Shown here one piece after another: positions 8,767-15,456 of a DNA stretch of 20,000 nucleotides (its first letter is position 1; every line of letters begins with the position of its first letter). Source of the DNA: an uncultured virus (IMG/VR IMGVR_UViG_3300031992_000081) (taxonomy: Duplodnaviria > Heunggongvirae > Uroviricota > Caudoviricetes); the IMG/VR virus record IMGVR_UViG_3300031992_000081; one strand, written 5' to 3'. The notes under the pieces were generated by a model. It did no database searches. It was not told the DNA's origin and saw only the letters and a program-made list of their open reading frames with translations. The position numbers and the translations under genes are program-made.

Positions 8767-10515
8767 TTATTCGAATTCTTCTTTATGTAACTTATAAGCT
8801 ATCCAAGCGTCCATTAACGCAGAAACATTATCAATCTTCTGATCATGGCGCTTCTTTAAAAGTTTTCTATTGCCATTAGTATCTTCGATTGTTATACAAT
8901 TACTCATTGTATATGTCATGATCGACTGATCAAAGATTAGCAATCTATTTTCGGCCAAATGTTTAATTTCGCCTAAAGGAACAGATTCAGTTTTAGCTCC
9001 CTGAATTACTTTTTCAACACCATATGGTGAATTTTCTTTTTCCCACCACTCAACAAATTCTCTAGCATTGTATGGGTCAAAACCAAATGAACATACTTCG
9101 TATTGCGAATCTTCAATGAACTTAATTAAATTCTCATATACCTGTTTTAAATCTAAAACAGTTCCAGGAAGAACTATCAAAGTTCCTTCGTTTATAAATT
9201 CGTCATACTTCTGTCTTTGAGCCAAATGCAATTTGTCTAATGTATTTTGACTTATGTAGCTTCTAGCTTTTACGCCAAACTGTTCTCTAGGAAGCGGAAA
9301 CAGAAATGTGAATGCACAGAAGTCATCACCTTGAGACAAATCGGCGCCCATTGAACAGCGCATATTCCAAAAGTCTCTTCTTCTATGTGGAAGTGTTTCT
9401 TCATATCTAAAGAAGTACGTATAACCTTCCATAGGAAGACCAAATCGTTTTGCAAGAATGTCGTTTCTTGTGGCAGGAGCTTTTTCCGCTCTTTCGACAT
9501 CCAACTGATAAGTTTCATAAGAAACAGTTTTTCCTAAATTCGGATTTGCTTTAATCCACATACTAGGATTTGCTACTTCTTTAACATCGTCCAGTTTGTA
9601 ATACCAAATAGATACATGAGGGTTCTTATACACACCTTTAAGTATGTCTTTAAGCTCCATCTTAATCGTATCACCTGAGCCATTACGAACAGTACCCTCA
9701 GAAGATGTAGCTATAATTAAATATTCCTGATCGCCTTTAGAACCGCTCTGGTCTAAAGCACCGATAACATCTTCCGTAACATCTCCCGATAGCCATTCGT
9801 CAACCGTAGCAATTTTACATCTAGCACCTTGCAATTTATCAATGGACATCGGTCTAATTTGTAGCATAGAATTTGTAAGAAAGTTCTTAATACCTTCTTT
9901 AGTAGGGGCAAGTTTTGGTCTATTTACTTTATTGCCAGTTGTATTTTGTAACGAACCGGCGGTAAGAAACTTAAAATATGGACCTGGGCAACGACTTATT
10001 GCCGTTTTAATAGGCGACATTACCTCTTCAGCCTGCAACATAGTTGGCGCTGTTGTTATCTGATAAGTCGTAGTTCTGTCAACAGTTAAAAAATATGCCT
10101 GTATAAAAGCTGCATACATCGATTTAGCCGCGCCTCTCGCTATAATAAGATACTGCCTAGTGATTAGACGGCGTTTAATCATTCGATTTACATATTTTCC
10201 AGGCCTTCCATTTTTTCCAGGTTCATAAACGGTTCTTTCTACAAAGTAATACCACCCAAATACTTGCTCGCCCCATAATTTAAAAGTATCAAGCATGTGC
10301 ACTGGAGATCCATCAGTAAGGGTCATTTCGTTCTCACAGAACTTGATCCAACCTTCAACGGCTTTCTCATCGTAATATACCCCAGGATTAGCTATAAGTT
10401 GATCGATTCGGTTCATTTCCATTTCGATCTCTTGATTTATAGGTATTTCCCCTTTTAATACTCTAGCTTTAAACATACCATAGTATTTGGGCGTTGCTAT
10501 GTTCGACAAAGCCAT
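8767..10515 (-). CDS. terL: Terminase large subunit
   Basis: 582 aa with Walker A-like IARGAAKS, Walker B ATVDEW, and RNase H-like nuclease motifs GADLSQGDD and KIDNVSALMDA. Confidence 0.93.
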   Translation of the reverse strand: MALSNIATPKYYGMFKARVLKGEIPINQEIEMEMNRIDQLIANPGVYYDEKAVEGWIKFCENEMTLTDGSPVHMLDTFKLWGEQVFGWYYFVERTVYEPGKNGRPGKYVNRMIKRRLITRQYLIIARGAAKSMYAAFIQAYFLTVDRTTTYQITTAPTMLQAEEVMSPIKTAISRCPGPYFKFLTAGSLQNTTGNKVNRPKLAPTKEGIKNFLTNSMLQIRPMSIDKLQGARCKIATVDEWLSGDVTEDVIGALDQSGSKGDQEYLIIATSSEGTVRNGSGDTIKMELKDILKGVYKNPHVSIWYYKLDDVKEVANPSMWIKANPNLGKTVSYETYQLDVERAEKAPATRNDILAKRFGLPMEGYTYFFRYEETLPHRRRDFWNMRCSMGADLSQGDDFCAFTFLFPLPREQFGVKARSYISQNTLDKLHLAQRQKYDEFINEGTLIVLPGTVLDLKQVYENLIKFIEDSQYEVCSFGFDPYNAREFVEWWEKENSPYGVEKVIQGAKTESVPLGEIKHLAENRLLIFDQSIMTYTMSNCITIEDTNGNRKLLKKRHDQKIDNVSALMDAWIAYKLHKEEFE

Positions 10516-10535
10516 TTTGATTTTACCTCACTTTC

Positions 10536-10658
10536 TCAAGAACTCTTAGCAACACCAGTTTTCTTTGACTTCTTTTCTTTGACTTCTTCTTTGACTTCTG
10601 CTTTAACTTCTTCTTTGATTTCTTCATTTTCTACTGTTGGAAATTCACGTTTAGCCAT
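10536..10658 (-). CDS. 40-aa Glu/Lys-rich small protein
   Basis: Not in the ORF track. AAGGAGG RBS at 10668-10674. Reads MAKREFPTVENEEIKEEVKAEVKEEVKEKKSKKTGVAKSS and fills the gap before terL. Confidence 0.6.
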   Translation of the reverse strand: MAKREFPTVENEEIKEEVKAEVKEEVKEKKSKKTGVAKSS

Positions 10659-10672
10659 AAAAAGGTACCTCC

Positions 10673-11011
10673 TTATCTACAGTTTGTAATAAACCACTCT
10701 AATTGAGTAATTTGCTTTTCCATAGTACTTACCAATGGTCCAGATTGTGGCGGGTCAAAGATAAGTTTTGCCTTTTGAAAGATGTAAGTCTTTGCTAAGT
10801 TCTTTTGAGTAATGTTTTTACAAGCATAGTCATCCCATGTTTCCGTTTCTCCAGTTATCTCAAAACCTTCTTCAGGACCACATCCATACTGATGACAAAA
10901 GGCAAAGCAAGTATTTATAGTTGCTATTAGGTCGTCATAGAAAACAGTAAAGTCTCTACTATCAAGCCTATCAGCAACTGACTTAAGAATTGAGTCATAA
11001 GTTTCAGACAT
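10673..11011 (-). CDS. Head-tail adaptor/connector-like protein
   Basis: 112-aa helical protein (SILKSV...KLIFDPPQS...LEW). The GGAGGTG RBS supports a start at 11011. Confidence 0.5.
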   Translation of the reverse strand: MSETYDSILKSVADRLDSRDFTVFYDDLIATINTCFAFCHQYGCGPEEGFEITGETETWDDYACKNITQKNLAKTYIFQKAKLIFDPPQSGPLVSTMEKQITQLEWFITNCR

Positions 11012-11015
11012 TAAA

Positions 11016-11429
11016 TCACCTCCATGGACATGTATCATTTGGACGTCTTACAATTGGGGGCTTTGGTAAAAAGCTTTCATCTCCATAATCTATAGCCAAA
11101 TGAGTTGTATGAGAAACCGTTATTAAGTTCTCAGGATTAAGTAATACATCAGAATTCATATGTATAAGATCTTCAATCTTTACACTATTAATATGATGTA
11201 TTATCACTCGTCCGCTTATTGGATATTCTGGCAAGCCTAAATCACAGCCTCGATCCCTTAGGATAACCTGGTCTCTAACTTCCATCCATTGCGGTGATTT
11301 TAGAAACTTTAAATAGATCGGACGATAACCGTGTAATGTCTGATCACCAACACAATGTGCATTTCTTAAATAACGGTATCGTTCCTCCAAGGTTTTAAAT
11401 TGTATTAGTTCACTATAACTTCTGTCCAT
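11016..11429 (-). CDS. HNH endonuclease (terminase-associated)
   Basis: W..VRDQVILRDRGC...IIHHIN...ENLITVSHTTHLAI pattern, close to terminase. Confidence 0.85.
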   Translation of the reverse strand: MDRSYSELIQFKTLEERYRYLRNAHCVGDQTLHGYRPIYLKFLKSPQWMEVRDQVILRDRGCDLGLPEYPISGRVIIHHINSVKIEDLIHMNSDVLLNPENLITVSHTTHLAIDYGDESFLPKPPIVRRPNDTCPWR

Positions 11430-11724
11430 CTTCATCACCTGCGTAAACCTTAAAGGCTAGAAGGGCATCCTGCATGAATATTTCGGAACTCTTCTGGTTT
11501 TGTATAGACTCTGTTTTAGCTCCTAATAATTCTTCGTTTTTAACCATGATTTTTCGTTCTTGCTTTTCTCTACTGGAACCCATCTTTAAAAAATGGACAA
11601 GCTCTTGAGAGGTAGCTTCATGATTACGAATCCGTCGTTCGACTTCATCGTAAGCTAAAGCTATCAGCTGCTTTTCTCTTTCTTCATCCGAATAAGCGGG
11701 CGGCGATTTTTTGCTATTAGCCAT
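11413..11724 (-). CDS. Hypothetical protein, candidate terminase small subunit
   Basis: 103 aa, helical, first gene of the packaging operon, AAGGTGGTG RBS. Function inferred from position only. Confidence 0.4.
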   Translation of the reverse strand: MANSKKSPPAYSDEEREKQLIALAYDEVERRIRNHEATSQELVHFLKMGSSREKQERKIMVKNEELLGAKTESIQNQKSSEIFMQDALLAFKVYAGDEDGQKL

Positions 11725-11745
11725 AGCGTTTCACCACCTTTTTTA

Positions 11746-11915
11746 TTTAGAGGCTTTAAAGGAGTGACCGACTGTGACCACATTTATAACGGGATGGGTA
11801 TGAGTATTAAAAATGTGGTAGGAACGTAAATTTTTTAAAGGAGTAACAGCAAGTTGCCTAGGCTGCCATAAAGCCCAGAAAGTGAGTTGCCGATCACCCC
11901 TTTAAAGCCTCTAAA
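11746..11915 (-). ncRNA. Structured non-coding element closed by a 25-bp stem
   Basis: Arms 11746-11770 and 11891-11915 pair with two mismatches, both G-U on the minus strand. Inner stem at 11777-11785/11811-11819. Confidence 0.6.
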
Positions 11916-11934
11916 AATTAAAAATATAATTAGT

Positions 11935-11975
11935 AGAAAAGGGATCTAGCCAAAATAGACTAGACCCCTCTCTTT
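11935..11975 (-). terminator. Intrinsic terminator after accessory module
   Basis: Minus strand GGGGTCTAGTC-TATTTT-GGCTAGATCCC-TTTTCT: 11-bp stem with two G-U pairs, followed by U residues. Confidence 0.65.
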
Positions 11976-12002
11976 TACACTAATATTTAGATTACTAAGG
12001 CG

Positions 12003-12446
12003 TTACATACTAAGACGATCTGCCATGTTCAAATAATTTGCGCGCTCATCTTCAGATCTGGCGTTTCTTGCTTTCATCCGAAGATTATTAATCATGTCTT
12101 CTTTGTCATACTGACTATTACCGGAAGGCATACCATCGCGACTTGTATATCGTCCCATAGCGTCGCGTCCTCTAGCGCCCGAGTAATCTCGATAAGAATT
12201 GTAAGCTCTTGTATTAGCATAATCATCCATGCCGCCTCTAGCATACTCGTTAGTATAAGTATTAGCATATGCTCCCGAATATCCTTCCATCTCTGCATTA
12301 CGCATAGCTTCAATGGTTGTAATGTCTTTAATAACATCAACCATCTTGTAAATGGAATCAACTTCGGCTATAGTAAGCTCATCCTTATTACAAAGCTTCT
12401 TCAATTCTTCTTCAAATTTGTCATTAATGCCATATAAAATCTTCAT
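12003..12446 (-). CDS. Hypothetical protein with Tyr/Arg/Gly-rich low-complexity centre
   Basis: 147 aa with an AAGGAGG RBS. Confidence 0.75.
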   Translation of the reverse strand: MKILYGINDKFEEELKKLCNKDELTIAEVDSIYKMVDVIKDITTIEAMRNAEMEGYSGAYANTYTNEYARGGMDDYANTRAYNSYRDYSGARGRDAMGRYTSRDGMPSGNSQYDKEDMINNLRMKARNARSEDERANYLNMADRLSM

Positions 12447-12462
12447 TTTTATTTTTTCCTCC

Positions 12463-12915
12463 TTAAGCTTTTCTTTCTATGGACAAACTGCCATCGATGA
12501 TGTTGATACTGGGCGTCGGAGTTGTAGTTCCATCTACGACACCGGAAACATACATAGCAGATACTGTAAAGCAACATCCGTTTGGAACATCGATTATAGT
12601 TCTACTTGTAACATTTCCATATTCATCAACTGCCGCTGGAGTAAAAATACTTCTACTTCCTACTTGCGATTCGCCAGAAACGGTTATAGCAACTGCTATA
12701 GGCGATACTGCTCCTCCAGTTGGAATAGCAATATTGCCAGTAAATTCTACTTCGTATCTAGCAAAACGATTATTACATTTACCTTTTAGAATAAAAATAC
12801 CAGACCCGCTCTGGTGATAAACATTACCATTAGGGCATGATATAGAATCAAGAAATGGAATCGGTGTATTTAAGAGCACTGTTTCCACTGTATCTCTTGT
12901 TAAATATTCTGCCAT
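12463..12915 (-). CDS. Hypothetical beta-sandwich protein (possibly BclA-CTD/C1q-like)
   Basis: 150 aa with a beta-strand pattern (GIFILKG..RYEVEFTGNI), a CC pair and a GAGGTG RBS. Fold is inferred. Confidence 0.55.
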   Translation of the reverse strand: MAEYLTRDTVETVLLNTPIPFLDSISCPNGNVYHQSGSGIFILKGKCNNRFARYEVEFTGNIAIPTGGAVSPIAVAITVSGESQVGSRSIFTPAAVDEYGNVTSRTIIDVPNGCCFTVSAMYVSGVVDGTTTPTPSINIIDGSLSIERKA

Positions 12916-12929
12916 ATTATCACCTCACA

Positions 12930-13733
12930 TTACATTCCGCAACCGCATCCCTGGTTCCCCTGATTGCATGTAAAGATCGGAGTTCTACCATAAACCGGCT
13001 CACTAGGAACCGGGCAATTAGAAAGACGGTTGTAAAGAGCATCAACCTCATCGGAGAAGCCCTTCTGAATAAATGCATTCTGTGCCGCCTGAGAAGCTGC
13101 AAAGTTTGCCATTGTGAGCTGTCTCTCAAGATCAGCAATCTTCTCATTCTTGGCATCGATCTTATCGTTGCAAAGCTGATCAAGAATACGCTGTGTAGAG
13201 GCTGTCTGTGTAGCAATAATATCACGAACACCATTATTTACTGCCTGACGATCAGAGCATGCTTCACGAGCAATATCAGATCCAAGATTTGCTACAGCAA
13301 GTCTATTTTCGCAGCAGCACTGAGCAAGCTGGGATGCAATATTGTTGAATCCCTGATTTACAGCCTGAGCATTTGCGAAATTCTGATTCATGGCATCCAT
13401 GGTTCTATTGCAGTTTGCAATTTCTGCATTAGAGAATCCACTTGTGATAGCGTTCTGAATATTTGACAACTGACTAGCGGTAGCTGCAGAATCGAAACCA
13501 CGGTTTACATCATTCTGCGTAGCAGTATTCCACATATACGGAAGTACGCCATTATTACCGCAATTACCACCATAAGAGTTTCCATTACCCCAACCATTTC
13601 CGGCAAGCAAAAGCAGCAGAATAATCCATGCCCAATCTCCGCCGAAACAGCTGTTACCAAAACCGCCAGCATTTCCACCATTATACATTGGTGTAACCGG
13701 CATTACCATGTTACTTGTGTCATTAGAAATCAT
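12930..13733 (-). CDS. Gly/Asn-rich, hydrophobic-segment, coiled-coil, Cys-containing hypothetical protein
   Basis: WAWIILLLLLAG segment, AQCCCENR, a heptad-like region and C-terminal GCGCGM. Start at 13733 from the AAGGAG RBS. Confidence 0.75.
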   Translation of the reverse strand: MISNDTSNMVMPVTPMYNGGNAGGFGNSCFGGDWAWIILLLLLAGNGWGNGNSYGGNCGNNGVLPYMWNTATQNDVNRGFDSAATASQLSNIQNAITSGFSNAEIANCNRTMDAMNQNFANAQAVNQGFNNIASQLAQCCCENRLAVANLGSDIAREACSDRQAVNNGVRDIIATQTASTQRILDQLCNDKIDAKNEKIADLERQLTMANFAASQAAQNAFIQKGFSDEVDALYNRLSNCPVPSEPVYGRTPIFTCNQGNQGCGCGM

Positions 13734-13762
13734 ACCTAATTTCTCCTTCAAAAATAATTTTT

Positions 13763-13789
13763 ATTCCATCGTTGCGCAACCAATAGAAT
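13763..13789 (-). promoter_or_regulatory. Intergenic RNA hairpin upstream of RBS
   Basis: Minus strand ATTCTATTG/CGATGGAAT stem with two G-U pairs, around the palindrome GTTGCGCAAC. Confidence 0.4.
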
Positions 13790-13809
13790 CGAAAATAGAA
13801 CTGGGCGAC

Positions 13810-14049
13810 TTAACGCCTTAGTAAATTTTGAATGTTAGGATTGTCTTTCATTTGCATAATATTATTAACTTGTTGCTGTGAAACTTGATTCGTGTTCAAT
13901 AAATATTGCAAAATCTGATTCGGGTCACTTAAATTTGTAGGTATATTAAATCGTTGAGAAAGCATAGCTAATGGATTCTGTTTAAATTGCATGAGCATGT
14001 TTTCAAAACTATTATTAGGTTGTAGCTGTTGGTAAATCGGACTTGGCAT
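13810..14049 (-). CDS. Gln/Asn-rich hypothetical protein
   Basis: 79 aa with a TGATG stop/start overlap with the upstream gene. Confidence 0.75.
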   Translation of the reverse strand: MPSPIYQQLQPNNSFENMLMQFKQNPLAMLSQRFNIPTNLSDPNQILQYLLNTNQVSQQQVNNIMQMKDNPNIQNLLRR

Positions 14050-14462
14050 CAGTTCGTTCCTTTCTCTACTTCCTTAGACGGTACTTTGTTGTATCGATAC
14101 TTTTTAAATTCGGTTTTCATTTCCTCTTTAAAACTATCGAACTCATGTTTTGTTACGTAATCAGTATTTACTGAAGAATTAACTTTTTCATCCTCCTTAG
14201 GTTTACTAACTCGTTCTGTATAATCGAATATACGCAATGGAAGAGGCATTCCGCTTTGGTCAGTACTCTTTATGTACATTACTGGATTCTCACTATCCAT
14301 TAAAAGAACAGATTGCCCAGCACCAACAGGAAATGACTTAGCAGCATTTTCACCCTGAACCCAAGTGATTCCTGAGTTATTCTGCTGATTCGCATTAGCC
14401 TGCATTTGAGGAGCCATGTATTGCGGTTGATAAAATTGTGGAATGTAGTTATTGTAAGCCAT
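14049..14462 (-). CDS. Hypothetical protein
   Basis: 137 aa with a Q/Y/N-rich N-terminus and a globular core (WVQGENAAKSFPV...MYIKSTD). Confidence 0.75.
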   Translation of the reverse strand: MAYNNYIPQFYQPQYMAPQMQANANQQNNSGITWVQGENAAKSFPVGAGQSVLLMDSENPVMYIKSTDQSGMPLPLRIFDYTERVSKPKEDEKVNSSVNTDYVTKHEFDSFKEEMKTEFKKYRYNKVPSKEVEKGTN

Positions 14463-14850
14463 TTAAGGATACCGTCTCTTTCGTAAAATAATAAATAGGA
14501 ACCTCTCGTCCGCTGTCCCATGTGTCATGGTAGTCGCCATCTATGCATGTAACAACGTGAGATCCTGTTGCCAAAACGAATAAACCTTTTGGATGGTCTT
14601 CACAGAAATCACTTACTGTGTAACAATCCGGGCATTCGTTTGGAATAATGTAAGCTTTAAATCCTTGAGCCTTCAAATATGATGACCATATCGCGTTTGA
14701 AGATGGCATATCCTTAAGTTCGTAACCTTTTTCAGTTACGCCAAGGTATGTATCATCCCAATCTTGGTTCAAAGCAAGAGATAATGCTCTAACAACGCAG
14801 TCACCAACTAAATTAGACCTTGGATTTGGGTTGTAATACTTCCAACTCAT
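14449..14850 (-). CDS. Putative papain-like (C39-like) cysteine peptidase
   Basis: 133 aa with candidate catalytic Cys (GDCVVRA), His (GSHVV) and Asp (DTWDS). Confidence 0.5.
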   Translation of the reverse strand: MSWKYYNPNPRSNLVGDCVVRALSLALNQDWDDTYLGVTEKGYELKDMPSSNAIWSSYLKAQGFKAYIIPNECPDCYTVSDFCEDHPKGLFVLATGSHVVTCIDGDYHDTWDSGREVPIYYFTKETVSLNGLQ

Positions 14851-14914
14851 ATAAAGTTCCGTGAATTTACCTCGCTCTCTGTCTGGAATTTTTGGTCAAC
14901 TTTGCCGGAATTAA

Positions 14915-15050
14915 TCCCCCGGAGAATTTTTTAAGAGGCCGGCGATGTGGGAGGGGCGTCTTTCACGCGAACCCCCTCCCGGTACCCCTATTTATTTTTA
15001 TAGGGTGGGCTTTTTAGGCGGCGACTATAATAAAAATAAGGGTACGGGTC
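14915..15050. other. Putative cos / genome terminus region
   Basis: GC-rich non-coding island with CGCCGGCCT on the minus strand (14936-14944). Inverted repeats at 14949-14956/14973-14980 and, imperfect, 14982-15003/15025-15045. HNH and terminase genes are nearby. Confidence 0.65.
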
Positions 15051-15171
15051 AAAAATCAATGACAAAATTAGGGAACAAAAAAAAAAAGAATTACAAAACT
15101 TTTAAGCTTTTCAAAATAGTTTCTAAACTTTTTGGAAGTTTAATGAAAAGTAAAACACAAACAAATAAAAA

Positions 15172-15435
15172 TTAACGTTTGTTTGGTGGTAAAACTTTTA
15201 TAAACTTGCCAGTAAAATTAAGTTTACAGATGGAATCTATTGCTTCTTCAATTGCAATTGCATTGTCTTCATCACTGATTGACTCAGATGAATTACAAAC
15301 GCGAGCTAATAAAGATTCACAAAAGTAACCATGATCTTCATCGAAACGTTTCCAATCGGCGTATTGTTTTTCGTCATAGGGGTCAAAAGGATTGTCTATG
15401 GTGCTTAACATACAATCATGGGCATTGTTTTCCAT
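15172..15435 (-). CDS. Hypothetical acidic protein
   Basis: 87 aa (MLSTIDNPFDP..W..FD..GY), GGAGGTG RBS, follows the polymerase-like gene. Confidence 0.75.
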   Translation of the reverse strand: MENNAHDCMLSTIDNPFDPYDEKQYADWKRFDEDHGYFCESLLARVCNSSESISDEDNAIAIEEAIDSICKLNFTGKFIKVLPPNKR

Positions 15436-15456
15436 TTATGGCTCACCTCCATTTTT

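Noticed and set aside
11927..11940. TAATTAGTAGAAAA also found inverted at 776-789
   Set aside because: AT-rich, only two copies in opposite orientation, and no consistent context.
12855..13466. 203-aa plus-strand ORF and other short antisense or overlapping ORFs
   Set aside because: They overlap well-supported minus-strand genes and lack RBSs or recognisable motifs.
14945..15175. 76-aa plus-strand ORF
   Set aside because: No RBS, runs against all other genes, and crosses the inverted repeats and A-tract of the putative terminus region.
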